Shown one piece after another: positions 24,928 to 39,099 of a stretch of 64,000 nt of DNA. The stretch lies in contig NC_081365.1 of the NCBI RefSeq assembly GCF_030684315.1, forward strand, positions 18,912,062-18,976,061, in the 5' to 3' direction. Positions within the stretch are counted from its first letter, which is position 1. Each line of letters begins with the position of its first letter. Source of the DNA: Stegostoma tigrinum. Its lineage: Eukaryota. Made by a program: the position numbers and the translations under genes. Under the pieces are notes generated by a model, which worked only from the letters and a program-made list of their open reading frames with translations, did no database searches and was not told the DNA's origin.

Positions 24928-26165
24928 CTCTGAAATTCCCTACTCTACCTTTCCTAAAAGTACTGTGGGTTTCCTGTCATGGTTAAAGAATTGCCAACTG
25001 GAGAGGAATTGAGGATGGGAAACTTTTGCATACTTGCATCCAAAAATGAATTTTAAAGATGAAAATGATGTAGACACTATGGACACTGTAGGTCAACTGA
25101 CTGCATGTGGACTGAAGTAGTTTAAGGTGGTGGCTCATCACCACCATATCATGGGCAATGAGGGACAAGCAATAAATGTTGGTCCAACTAGCAATGCCCG
25201 TGTCTCACAAGTGTGTAAAAATATTCTCATTTCAAACAACAATTATCCAATTTTTATCTTTCTCATATATGGTTTTCATTGAAAACAGTGCTTCTGTAGC
25301 CAAGATTGTGTTTCTTTCATACAAGTTATCATCTATATGTGTCAGTTATCACAATTCCTAAACGCTATATTCCATTTAAAAGACCAACAGTCTTAAGTGT
25401 TGTAGCCAATTCCTCTATATCATTAATTTTGAATAGAACGATACATGTAAAGTAGATCTATTGAGTTGGAGGTCTGGGACCAATAATGTGACATCCCTGC
25501 CATTTCCCAATTTACATGATTTTACCCTAAATTAGCTTTAAATAACTATGACATAACAGACAGTGAGAAAAATGATCACAAAGAATCCCTTTTTATATCA
25601 TATCTAATCTTTGAAGGTACAAAAAAAATCAAAAATCTTTAAGTCTTTCAACTTCTCTCTGCAAAAACACAGCAAATCAAGATTGTTGTGGTTGTTCTTT
25701 CAGTATTTCATTATTGATGAGTACAAACATGATATTCTTATCACCCAAGTTTCATTAATTTGATGAGCATTTTGTTCTGACAGATTCACAATTAGCAGAT
25801 ATCTATGTAGCTCACAGCAGTATTGTCTCAGTCCTGGTTTTACTTTTACTTAAACTTTTAATCCACTTTCAGTCTCATTTTACTTTTACCTTCATAAGTA
25901 GTGTAATGCTAATTTTACATTAAGTCACAGTTCAACATTTTTGAGCAATCAATTTTTCACATTTGCAAGAGAAAGTCAAAATATTTATTAATTTTTTCAC
26001 ATATTTCACTCCATAGTGTCTACATCATTTTCATCTTTAAAATTCATTTTTGGATGCAAGTATGCAAAAGTTTCCCCTCCTCAATTCCTCTCCAGTTGGC
26101 AATTCTTTAACCATGACAGGAAACCCACAGTACTTTTAGGAAAGGTAGAGTAGGGAATTTCAGAG
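24928..26165. repeat. 156-bp near-perfect inverted repeat (24928-25083 / 26010-26165)
   Basis: Direct comparison shows one mismatch; 926-bp spacer. Confidence 0.95.
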
Positions 26166-26944
26166 TTTAAGCCCAACAACAGTAATGGAATGGCAAGAAA
26201 GTTCAAAGTCAGGGTAGGATGTTCTAATGGAGAGGAAATTGCTGTGAGCGGTAAATGTTGCTGATTTGAAAGATATTGTTGAAGGTGCCTCAGCAAGCTA
26301 CTGCAATGCATTTTGCATGGGTGTTTGTGTAGCCTGAATATAACCTATCACTTTTCATCCCACGTTCAAATGTTTGCAGGTATCACTACAAACAGCATAG
26401 AATGTTTTGCTACCTAATAAAGAGCAACTGGTGAAACATCATCCCTGGTTCTGACCTTATGATGGAAGAAGATGGATGAAGCAGCTGAAGATGGTTGAGG
26501 CTAGGATGCTACTGAGGAACTCTTACAGCAACGTCTTGGGGTTGAGATGATTGGCTGTCGCTACTGAATGCCATCAACCTTTGTGCCAGGTAACTATAAC
26601 TCAAATCCGTGGAAAGAATTATACCCAAATTCACATGGACATGAATTTTGTTAAGGATTCTTAATGCCACAATCAGAAAAATGCTCCCTTAATGTCAAGC
26701 AAGTCACTCTAACCTTGCCTTTGGATTTCATATCTTTTATCCATATTTGGAATAAGGGTGCATCAAACTGAGCAGCACAGAGTGAATCCTTTTGGATAGC
26801 ACTGTCAATGGAATTTACAACACTGTTCTGATTATTTTTATTCACTCATGGAGTCTGAGCACTGCTGGGTACAGCACTTGTTGCACATCCCTAAATATGG
26901 AAACTGAGGTTGTGGTGAGCTGTCTTCTCAAGAGAGTTCAAGAG

Positions 26945-27505
26945 CTGTGAAGTTATACAAAAGCCTGGTTCAGCCACATCTGGAATATTGTGTCCAATTC
27001 TGGCCACGTCATTACAGGAAAGATGTGGAAGTGTTAGAAAAGGTGCAGAGGAGATTTAACAGGATATTGCCTGGAATGGAGGGAAGGTCTTATGAGGAAA
27101 GGTTGAGACAGCTAAGGCTTTTCTCTTTAGAATGACGAAGGATGAGAGGTGACTTGATAGAGGTGTACAAAAAGATCAGAGGTCTCGATACAGTTGATAG
27201 CCAGAGAGTTTTTCCCTAGGGTGTAGGTAGCTTTTACAAGGGGACATAGTTTTAAAGTGAAAGGAGGTAAATATCAGGGAGATGTCAGAGGTAGGTTCTT
27301 TACTCAGAGTGGTAGGAGCGTGGAATGCATTGCCGAAGAGGGTATTGGAGTTGGCCTCATTTGGGGCATTTAAGCAGCTAGTAGATAGGCATATGGATGA
27401 TAGTATAAAATAGCTGTAGAGGTTAGAAAGACCTTAGATTTAGGGTAAAAGTTTGGCAAACATCGTGGGCCAAAGAGCCTGCACTGTGCTGTACTGTTCT
27501 ATGCT
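26945..27505 (+). mobile_element. CR1 (HER1-like) LINE 3' end
   Basis: LYKSLVQPHLEYCVQFW...LEKVQRRF...SYEERL..LFSLE. Confidence 0.9.
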
Positions 27506-28048
27506 CTAGAGTGTTGCTGGTGCTGCACACAACCAGATCGATGGGTCAGTAATTGGTCTCATGGGACTTGTCTTGTTTTGCGTGAGAAATAGATGCCTGG
27601 TATACAATCATAGAATCTCCAGCGCATGAAAGCGGGCCATTCAGCCCATTGAGTCCACAGACCTAGGCCCCACCCTATCCTTGTAATCCTGTACATCCCA
27701 TGGCTAATCCACCTAGACTGCACATTTTTTAGGCTAGGTCAGAAGTCACATGACACCTGGCTATAGTCCAATAGGTTTATTTGAAATCACAAGCTTTCCC
27801 AGCACTGCCCCTTCATTAGGTGATGTGAAGAGAGTACCCAGGCACAGAACTGATTATGAGAAAGATCAAATGGTGTGAGTGGAGATCACTGCAGGTAATC
27901 AAGAGTGTTAGACAGTGACAGTCAAGTGTCCACAGCTGAATAACAAGTGAAGGGATGACCTATAGTCCGATTAATTGACACAGAGAGATAACTACAAAAA
28001 AATTGAAAATAAGGTGTTGCTGGAGACAAATCAAATGACTGAAATAAC

Positions 28049-28172
28049 AGATAGTAAGAACTGCCGATGCTGGAGTCTGAGCTAACAGCTTGGAGCTGGA
28101 TGGACACAGCAGGGCAGGCAGCTTTCCTGCTCCACTAATGCTGCCTGGCCTGCTGTGTTCCTCCGGCTCTAC
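28049..28172. mobile_element. Miniature two-armed PLE (family C) nested in family E
   Basis: TSD actgaaataac at 28038-28048 and 28173-28183. Confidence 0.8.
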
Positions 28173-29202
28173 ACTGAAATAACGTGCTAGGTATAAGAGA
28201 TGCATGCCGAGGGTCTAACCAAAGTAACAAGTAATCCAGAACCGTACAAACTATTAAGGTAGAGGGATCGCAACAACTTATCAAGGTGATGGTGTCAAGA
28301 CAGGACTGTCAGTAAGATTTTGTAGAACAGCAAGGTGGGGTCACATGTAATGCAATGTGAACCCAAGATCACAGCTGAGGCTGTCTTCATGGGTACAGAG
28401 CTTGGCTATCAGTTTCTGCTCAATGATTCTGCATTGTTATGTATCTTGAAGGCCGCGTTGGAGGATGCTTACCAAAAGATTGAAGGCTGAATGCCTCAAC
28501 TGGGAGAAAACAATCCTGTCTGGCGAATGTTGTGCAGTGTCCATTCATCCATCCTTGCCTGCAGCTGCTACCTAATAAAGAGCAACTGGTGAATCACATG
28601 AGTATCTGCCGTGTACATGGTGAGTAGTGTTCCCACATGATGGTAGTATCCATGTCGATGATCAAAAATGTCTTGCAGAGGTTGCCGTAGGGTTATTGTG
28701 TGGTGTTGTGGTTGATGTTATCCTGAAGGTTAGGTAATTTGCTGCGAATAATGGCCTTTGGTGGTTGTTTGAAGGCAAGAAGTGGAGACGTAGGGATGAT
28801 ATTAGCAAGATGTTCATCATCATCGACATGTTGAAGGCTGCAAAGAACATGGCATAGTTTCTCTGTTCAGCGAAGTACCAGACAACGAAAGGTACTCTAT
28901 CAGTTGTATCCTGTGTCTGTCTTCAACGGAGGTTGTTGCGGCACATCAGAACTGGCAACTGCTCAGTTGAACATCATATCCCATTTTTGAGGGTGTCTTT
29001 CAACATCTTTAGGTGTCCGTCACATGCTTCCTCGTCTGACCAGATCCTGTGTACAGAGTTTGTCCATAAGGGATGGCTTCTTTAACAAGTTTAGGGTGGA
29101 AGCTAGAGAGGTGTAGCATTGTGAGGTTATCTGTGGGCTTGGGGTAGAATGAGGTACTAAGGCGTCCATCCTTGTTGGACAAGCATGTGTCCAAGAATGA
29201 GA

Positions 29203-29340
29203 CCTCCCCCTCTCTCCCTATTTATTTCAGAACCTCTCCCCATCCCCCTCTCTGATGTAGGGTCTAGGCCTGAAACCTCAGCTTTTGTACTCCCGAGATG
29301 CTGCCTGGCCTGCTGTGTTCATCCAGCTGCATACTTTGTT
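29203..29340 (+). mobile_element. Family A PLE 3' fragment nested in family E
   Basis: Homologous to 14764-14900; mutated hammerhead. Confidence 0.8.
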
Positions 29341-30560
29341 AACCAGTGGTCTGTAGTAAGCCTGATTGTGGATAAAACTTGGTAATATTGTTGCATAGTC
29401 ATTTCATTAATTTCTAACTGTGAGTCCAGACAAAGAAAATGTCAATGTACCTAGGGTATTGCAATGGTTAGAGGTCCTGTGCAGCAAGTCATCTTGCTTG
29501 AATTTGCACATGAAAACGTTGGCATATAGGAGTGCAAATGTGGTCCCCGTGATGTTCCGTCTGTCTCGATGAACAGCTGGTTGTCAAAGGTGAAGATGTT
29601 GTGGTCAAGGATAAAGCAGATGAGTATTAGGATGGAGTCTGCAAATTGGCAGTTGTTCATGTTGAGTCCTGAGGCTGGTGCAGCAATGCTGGTTTAAAGT
29701 GCCGAAATGTCCATTGCGACGAGGAATGTCCCTGGTTCAACTGGTCCACGGGTGCCGAGTTTCTGTAACAAGTCTGTAGTGTTGCGATAGAAGCTGATGT
29801 TTCCCTGCATAATGGGTTTCAAGATCCCCCTGACACAGCCAGAGATGTTCTCACACAGGGTCCTGTTGCCTGATACAATGGGGCATTCAGGTATGTTGGC
29901 TTTGTCTATCTTTGGAAGGCAGAAGTCTCCTACGTAAGAAATACACAGGTAAGCATCCTCCAAGGCAGCCTTCCAAACACACAAGACAGAATCGCCAAGC
30001 AGAAACTGATAGCCTAGTTGCATACCAATGAATACAGCCTCAACCTGTGATCTTGGGTTCACATCATACTACATGTGATACTACCACCACACTGTTCTGT
30101 AAAATCTTCCTTACTGAACTGTCTTGACACCATCACTTTGATAACTTGGTATGATCCTTCTACCTTAATTAGTTTGCACAATTTTGTATTTCTTGTTACT
30201 TTGGTTAAACCCTCTGCACCAACTTATTTTTCATTTTTTGTAATTATTTCTATGCATCAATTAATCAGACTGTAGGTCATCCCTTCACTGTTATTCAATT
30301 GTTGACTTTACTTACACCATCGACACACTTGATGCCCTGCAGAGATCTATTATTCTGCCTGTCAACACACCACTCGTGCCATCTGTGTGCTCTTTCGATC
30401 TCTGATTATCAATTGTGTGCCTGGATATTCTCTTCACTTCTCCTGATGAAGGGGTGGCACTTTGAAAGCTTGTGATTTCAAAGAAACCTGTTGGACAAAA
30501 GCCTGATGTCATGGGACCATTGACGTTGTCCACCACAGTTCAACGCTGGCACCTCCTCAG

Positions 30561-30712
30561 CTTTGGACTGTGGGAGCAATCTGGAGCACCTGGAGGAAAC
30601 CCACACAGACATGGGGAGAATGCGCAAACTCCACACAGACAGTTGGCTAGGATCGAACCTGGGTCCGTGGTGCTGTAACACAGCAGTGTTAACTATTAAG
30701 CCACACCGCCAC
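30561..30712 (-). mobile_element. HE1/V-SINE-like SINE, 5' half (3' half at ~27610-27730)
   Basis: tRNA-like head and V-domain-like ctgtgtggagtttgcgcattctccccatgtctgtgtgggtttcctcc on minus strand. Confidence 0.75.
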
Positions 30713-32273
30713 CCATGGCAGATGCCCAGTTTGGTAGCTCACAAACTTGGCAGTCTATTCACCACTAATACGAAGAACATAAAAGCTGCCCTATAAAATA
30801 TATTACACAGGCTTATAGAAATGAACAACAGTGAACGTTGGATGAAGATGTTAAAATAGAGCAAGGCCAAACACAACCTAATTATGCAAGAAATGGAGGA
30901 GGTGGATTCGGAGCAGCTACTCAAGGGTAAATCCAAATCTGACATGTTGGAATCTTTCAAACAGCAGTTGATTAAACTGCAGGACAGGCATGTTCCTGTG
31001 AAAATGAAGGGCAGGATTCAGGACAGCTGGGTTACAGGAGAAATTATCATCTTAGTCCAAAAAAAGGACACATACCAAGATTGAGGCAACAAAACAAAAC
31101 AGATGAAATCCTTGAAGAATATGCAGAAAGTAGGAAAGAACTGAAACAGTGTGTTTGTAGAGCTAAAAGGAGCTATGAAATGTCCTTGGCCAGTGGGATT
31201 AAGGAGAATCCCAAAGCATTTTATGCTAAAAAATGAGTAGGCCCACTTAAGGATAAAGGAGGAGGGTTATGTATGGAGCCAGAAGAAGTGGATAAGATCC
31301 TTAGTGAGTGCTTGACATCAGTATTCACCAAAGAAAGAGGCACGAGGGATGTTGAGGTTAGGGAAAAGTACATGAATACCCTCAGAAAGGTCAATGTAAT
31401 GGGGGAGAAGTGTTGGATGTCTTGAAATACATTAAGTTAGACAAGTCCCCAGGGCCAGGTATGATCCATCCGAGGATACTGTGGAAGACAAGGGAGGAAA
31501 TAGCTGGGGCTTAATGGATCTCTGCATCCTCTTTGGCCTCAGACAAGTTCCAGAGTACTGGAGAATGGCCAATGTTGTTCCTTTGTTGAAGAAAGGAAAC
31601 TGAGAAAATCCAGGTAATTACAGGCCAGTAAGCCTGACATCAGTGGTAAGCTAGCTGCTGGAGAAGGTATTGAGAGACAGGATTTATTCACATTTGGAAG
31701 CAAATAGACTTGTTAGTTATCAGCTGCATGGGTTTGTGCAGTGAACGTCTTACCAATTTGATTGAGTTTTTAAGATGACAAGAATAAATGATGAGGCAAG
31801 GACAGTGGATGTTGTCTCTGTGGGTTTTACTAAGGCTGGTACAGAAGATAAAGTCTCATGGGATCTAGGGCAAGTTGGCTAGATGGATACAAAACTGGCT
31901 TGGTCATAAAAGAGAGAGAGAAGCAGTGGAAGGGTGCTTTTCGGAATGGAGATTAGTAACTAGTGGTGTTCTGCAGGCATCAGCACTAATACCTTTGTTG
32001 TTTGTAATACCTTTGCTGTTTTCCTACAGATCATTGATGTGATCTGATTATTCATTTTGCAGATGATACCAAAATTGGCAGAGTTGCAGATAGGGAGGAG
32101 GATTGTCAAAAGGATACAGTGGAATACAGAAAGATCACAGATTTGGGTGGAGAAATGGAAGGTGTCAGTTAATCCAGACAAAATCGAGCTGATGCATTTT
32201 GGAAGACCAAATTCAAGTGTGAATTATACAATAAATGGCAAAAGCCTTAGAAGCACTGACATTTGGAGGTATC

Positions 32274-32853
32274 AGAGATAATGGGAACTGCAGATGCTGG
32301 AGAATTCCAAGATAATAAAATGTGAGGCTGGATGAACACAGCAGGCCAAGCAGCATCTCAGGAGCACAAAAGCTGACGTTTCGGGCCTAGACCCTTCATC
32401 AGAGAGGGGGATGGGGAGAGGGAACTGGAATAAATAGGGAGAGAGGGGGAGGCGGACCGAAGATGGAGAGTAAAGAAGATAGGTGGAGAGAGTGTAGGTG
32501 GGGAGGTAGGGAGGGGATAGGTCGGTCCAGGGAAGACGGACAGGTCAAGGAGGTGGGATGAGGTTAGTAGGTAGCTGGGGGTGCGGCTTGGGGTGGGAGG
32601 AAGGGATGGGTGAGAGGAAGAACCGGTTAGGGAGGCAGAGACCGGTTGGACTGGTTTTGGGATGCAGTGGGTGGGGGGGGGGGAAGAGCTGGGCTGGTTG
32701 TGTGGTGCAGTGGGGGGGAGGGGACGAACTGGGCTGGTTTAGGGATGCAGTAGGGGAAGGGGAGATTTTGAAACTGGTGAAGTCCACATTGATACCATAT
32801 GGCTGCAGGGTTCCCAGGCGGAATACGAGTTGCTGTTCCTGCAACCTTCGGGC
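32274..32853 (-). mobile_element. Single-arm 5'-truncated family A PLE
   Basis: Highly similar to 14372-14941; TSD catttggaggtatc at 32260-32273 and 32854-32867. Confidence 0.93.
32375..32402 (-). ncRNA. Minimal hammerhead ribozyme motif (family A)
   Basis: Intact core identical to 14814-14841. Confidence 0.8.
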
Positions 32854-35208
32854 CATTTGGAGGTATCTGGGCATACAGGCCCATGGATCCTTGAAAGTGG
32901 CAACACAGTTAGCTAAGGTGGTCAGGAAGCATACAGTACACTTTCCTTCATCCGGTGGGACAACTTGCCAACTTTTAATTTTGATATGCCACAGCTGTGG
33001 CATATCAAAACTTTAGCTCAGCCATATTTGGAATATTGTGCGCAGTTCTGGTTACCATACTACCACAAGAACGTGGAGAGGGTGCAGAGAAGATTTACAG
33101 GGATGTTGCCTGGTCTGGAGGGTTTCAGTTACAAGGAGAGGTTGGATAAACTCTTGATTGTTTTCACTGGAAAGACGGACGACCTGATAGAGGTCCACAA
33201 AACTGAGAGAGGCATAAATTGGGTGGATCGTCTGAGGCTTTTTCCAGGGTGAACAGTCAACTGCAAGGTCACAGATGCAAGGTGAGAAGGAAAGTTTAGG
33301 CTAGAGTGGTGGGTGCCTGGAATGCTCTGTCAATGAAGGTGGTAGAAGCAGGCTTGTTAGCAGTATTTAAGGCATGTCTTGATAGACATGTGAACAGAAG
33401 TCAAGAAGAGGAATGTAAACCAGACACAGGCAATAACTAACAGGTCTAAATAAGGATTGGGAATTGGCACAGGTTCAGTGGATCGAAGAGCCTGTTCCTG
33501 CACTCTATTGTATTACATTATATTGGTTGCCGAACATGATTTTACCATCTACAAGACTACCACGAAACCATTTACGAAGACCTTTTACTCAAATAATTTG
33601 TTGATTTACTTTTGTGAGAACTATACTTCACCTTCGACAACACATTAATCTGAGCAATTCCAAAAATTGTAAACAGTTTGTTTGCAGAGACTTTTCTGCC
33701 CAAACAGGGTGGCAATCTTATCGAAGTACATGTGATTAATAACTAACTGAAATTCATAGGTCACATCAGCAATTACTACTTTTTGTACAAGATCAACGAA
33801 TAACAAAATGTAACAATGGTCTCTATTGTACAGACCATAGATGTCACTTCTGCAAGATATTGGGTAGGAGCAGAAAATACCTATGTACAACATACTCAGG
33901 GTTTATAAACTGGCTGAGTAAAGAGGAAGCCAGAGTTTAAGCTGGCATGACTTACTATGTCAGATGGCCAATTCAATGTAATTATCTAAGGATTGTAAAC
34001 GGTCAGGTTCATAAGCAAGTAAGACGACAACTGGCTGGTACCAGTAACGCTGGCCTTTGGTCAACTCTTCCAATACCCCTACAAACAAAGTCAGCTTCCG
34101 GAGGTCACGGCCACCAGAAACTGCCTTCCAACTGTCAGTGCCATTACCTTCATATAATGATTGAAGGTATCTGTATTGGAGAGAAGGGCACCTGGGATGT
34201 CACGCCAGAGACCAGTTGACAATGCAGAAGATCTTTGGATGAAGATCATCACCTTACAATAAACATAATGACATCTGTGCTGGCTCAAATGACTTTGATG
34301 GTTAGCAAACCCCCAGGTCTCTGGATTAGTGGCCTTGTCCTGCAAAGTGATGCCAAGGATACCTCCAAGACAGAGAAGATGGAAAACTACTCAGCCTTTT
34401 CTCCCTCCTTTATATGTTGCCTCGGTCTAGCTACTACAAAGATGTGCACTGAAATCACATACTTGCAGAATTCTCAAGTTACTATCCTCAGGCAGGTTAC
34501 ATTCTTATTCAGCTTGGATAGTACAGCTTCTACAATTCATATGGCAATTTCTGCATCAAGTAACAGCTTACTGACAGCATGTTGCCAATGCCAATGAATG
34601 GTGGTATTACAACCTGGACCATGACATCTGTCCTTTTGCTGATGGTCAAGCTATTTATAGTTGTAACTACATCTATTTATCTTTGAACGGTCCATAAAAT
34701 ATTTGTATACTATCAGTGTGAACTCTCAAAACAGAACTTGTCACATCTTGGTCTTCCATCTCAGGACCTCACAAATAGTATGTCAGTAGATATCTTCTGT
34801 TGATGCTGAAGGCATGACAGCAAGGACTAGAACATGCCAAAGTGTGTTGATACCAAATCATAAATTTGTTTGATCTCACTGCAAATCTCAAAGGGTTCCA
34901 ATGCTGAATCATCATTGTTAATCTTGCCCACCATATTGCAACAGAAAGAGGAGATCACATTGAACTTCAGCAGGCAGCCAAATTTCTTCACCTACATGGT
35001 CCAACGTTCAGTGAAATTGATGAAAGCAAGATATGAATACCATCTTTATTCACTGCATTTTTCTTGCAGGTGCCAGGCTAACAAGATTATGCCAACTGTA
35101 ACATTTCCAGTTCTGAAAATGTTGCAGGCCACAATATTTATATGCAATAAACATTTCCAATCTTGAAGAGAATAAAATGGTTAGCAGAAAAGGAAGCACA
35201 TATCCTCA

Positions 35209-35454
<246 letters not shown>

Positions 35455-35481
35455 TTACAGCACCACAGCTCTGATCTCTCA

Positions 35482-35877
<396 letters not shown>

Positions 35878-37846
35878 TCAACCAAGTTATTACACAAAGA
35901 TATGAAAGTCATATCAAATTCAACAGCAAGCTAATACTGAACAAATTAGAATATACGTTTTTCAATTCTGCAAACAAATAATATTCAAAAATGTAATATA
36001 CAACTGTGGTCTAAATTCTAACAAAACAAACCTTTATGGCAGAAAACCAACCTAGAGGCTGTTTCCCAATGATGGAAAAGAATAAAATTTAGGACATGGC
36101 ATCTGAGGAGTGACAAACGAATTTCAAGCAGAGAATCGGTTGGTCCAGGATAAGCTAGCAGATGAAGGAGCTCCGCGGTTCAAAAGCAGGAAGCACAACA
36201 CAACAGACTGTAAATAGCACGGTATCCTACATACGACATTGTAGCAAGGTAGAGAATGGGGAATAACATGCCAATTGCCACTACCACAATAACAGCAACA
36301 GGGAACAACATTATATGGAATGTCTGATTCCAGACAGTGTCTTTTTTAGTGATTTTGATAACTTCACAAAAATATAGTGGTGCAGAAGGGGCAACTGCCC
36401 CAACCAGTCATTGCCAGTTCTACTATCTAGTGCCAATCTCCAGCCTTTTTCCTCTGTCCTTGCAAACCACTACTATTCGAAAAAAAAATCCAATGCCTTC
36501 TCGAATGCCTCAATTGAACTTGCCTTCACTATATTTCCAGGCAGTGCTTTCATAATCTAACAACTCTTTGTCTGAGAAAGTTCTTTTCACATGACAAATT
36601 GCTTTGTTTGCAGATCATTTTTAACATATACCCTCTCATTCTTGTTTCTTTTACAAGCAGAAACAGCTTTAACTGCCCATCCCATTCATGAATTTGTAAA
36701 CCTCCATTAAATCTCCTCTCAGTTTTCTTCACTCCAGAGAAAACAGTCCCAACTTAAATCTATCCTGATAGATGAAGTTCTCATACCTGGGACCATTAGT
36801 AAATCAAATCTGCACTGCACTCTCCCCATGCATTCACATCTTTCCTATAATGGAGCAACTACAACTGGACACAACATTCCAGAGAACTAACAAGCATTTT
36901 CCCAGTATCACTTCTTAACTCTTGCACACTCTGCCACTTTTACTTAAGATGAGAATACAATTCTTTATTTTGGGCTTCACTGCCTGCCACCTTCAATGAT
37001 CTGGACACAGAACCAGATTCCTTTGCTGCTGCACCGCTTGAGAATTTGTTTTTAAATTGTCTTTTGTGATGTCCAAAAAAAGTACATCTTGATAGAAGTC
37101 TATAAAATTATGAGATGCGTAGATTGCGAAAAAGATTCTGACCATCAAGCCTGAGTTGAAATGCCTAAAACTAGGGGGCATGCACTTAAGGGGGAGGGTT
37201 CAAAGGAGATGTGACGGCCAATTTTCTAGAGTCGGAGGAGTCTGGAAGATGCTGCTGGGGTGATGGTGGACACAGATCCAATCAGGGCATTTAAGAGACT
37301 TTTAGGTACATGAACATGCAAGGAATTAAGACATATGGACCAACGGCATGCCGAAAGGATTAGTTAAACACAACATCATGTTGGGTACATCATAGGCCAT
37401 TTGGCTTGTTTCTGAGCTATATTGTTCAGTGTTCTAACTGCAACTGTCAGGATTAGCCTGACAACCTTTTTAGAATTAGGACGTAATATTGGCAATTCTC
37501 CACTCTTCTGGTATCTCTCCGGAGTGCATGCAAGACAAATATGATGCCCACTGCTTTTGTCAATTCTACCCTCCCTTCCTTCCAAATTCTTGGATGTCTC
37601 TGATCTGGTCCCAGTGCCTTTTTAACTTTAAGTGCTAACAATCTATCCAGGACTACTACTATGTTCCTTTTGAACCATTCTAGTAATAGATAAAGAAAAG
37701 CAGCCTCCTCTTTTAAGAGGCATGTATGTATTCAACCCATCAGACATGACCCCACCTCCATCTTAAACCCCTTTCTGGCCTCTGAATGGCCCTACTTCTT
37801 TAACTGCTCACTTACTGTTTGTGTAACAAAGGGAAATCCCCAAGTA

Positions 37847-38075
37847 TCAGAGATAATGGGAACTGCAGATGCTGGAGATTCCAAGATAATAAGATGTGAG
37901 GCTGGATGAACACAGCAGGCCAAGCAGCATCTCAGGAGCACAAAAGCTGACGTTTCGGGCCTAGACCCTTCATCAGAGAGGGTGATGAAGGGTCTAGGCC
38001 CGAAACGTCAGCTTTTGTGCTCCTGAGATGCTGCTTGGCCTGCTGTGTTCATCCAGCCTCACATCTTATTATCTT
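37847..38075. mobile_element. Miniature palindromic PLE (family A)
   Basis: ~93-bp perfect inverted arms around a 7-nt loop plus tail; TSD gaaatc(c/g)ccaagta at 37833-37846 and 38076-38089. Confidence 0.93.
37949..37976 (-). ncRNA. Minimal hammerhead ribozyme motif (family A)
   Basis: Intact core identical to 14814-14841. Confidence 0.8.
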
Positions 38076-39099
38076 GAAATCGCCAAGTAGTTTATGTTAG
38101 CTGCTGGCATTTTCTTATAACTCCTTTGCTTTTGTTATTTGTTTTTCACTGCATCCACTAATCATTTGGTTTTCCTGTTGACTCTTAATTGTTTTCTGTC
38201 ATTAGCACACCCTTTCTTTTTAATGTTAATTTCTACCTCCTTTACCATTCAGTAAACATTAGATTTGTCTGTCCTACCTTTTCACATTACAGGGAACATA
38301 TTGCAACAGGCGGTGTGGACTTGTTGGGCCAAAGGGCCTGTTTCCACACTGTAGGAAATCTAATCTAAACTAAAAAAACATCTTGACTGTACCAAAACAT
38401 CACAAATTGTCCAATTATAATCATGTTACCTTTTATTAAGAATTAAAGAAGTGGAGATATGAGCCTTTTTTTTCCCCCTATTTTCTAAACAGCCTGTTCA
38501 GAGATGCTATTACACACCTCTGGAACAAGATGGGAGTCCTAGTCTGAAGGTAGGGACACTACCATAAAATCATAGAGTCACAGAGATATACAGCACAAAA
38601 ACAGACCCTTCGGTCCAACTCACCCATGCCAACCAGATATCCTAGATAAATCTAGACCCATATGCCAGCATTTGGCCCAGGTCCCTCTAAGCCCTTCTCA
38701 TTCACGTACTCATCCAGATGCCTTTTAAATATTGTAATTGTTCCAGCCTCCACCACTTCCTCTGGCAGCTTGTTCATTACATGCATCACCCTCCATGTGA
38801 AAAAGTTGCCCCTTTGGTCCCTTTCATACAGTGTGCCACCAAAGCCCTCTCATGGCCTTTTTTTACTGTAATCCTGTTAGTTTTCTACACCTGCTCAGTG
38901 ACCCAGTTTAAAAGCAAATACTTCAGAAAGACCAGGGACTGGAACCATCCCAACTTTGTAGCTCAAATGATATATCAGTCAGCTGCCAAAATAAACATTA
39001 CATTCTAAATTTTAATGATTGTCTGATTTGCTTGTGAACAACCAAAATGAAAGTGAGAAAATACTTGTCAATTTCAGTTTAAAAGCCAGAGTATGTAGC

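Larger units (their letters stand above)
27731..30560 (-). mobile_element. Degenerate two-armed Neptune-type PLE (family E) inserted in an HE1/V-SINE-like element
   Basis: Minus arm ~27731-29938 with LPKIDK..PIVSG, AMDISAL, KPTDNLTMLH..FHP remnants; plus arm ~29949-30560 mirrors ~27733-28475 and has the tail; hammerhead-like ctgatgaagg...gaaagctt near 30444-30471. Confidence 0.85.
30880..33510 (+). mobile_element. Degenerate CR1 LINE ORF2
   Basis: KENPKAFY, DKSPGP, FADDTKL, YLEYCAQFW remnants. Confidence 0.88.
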
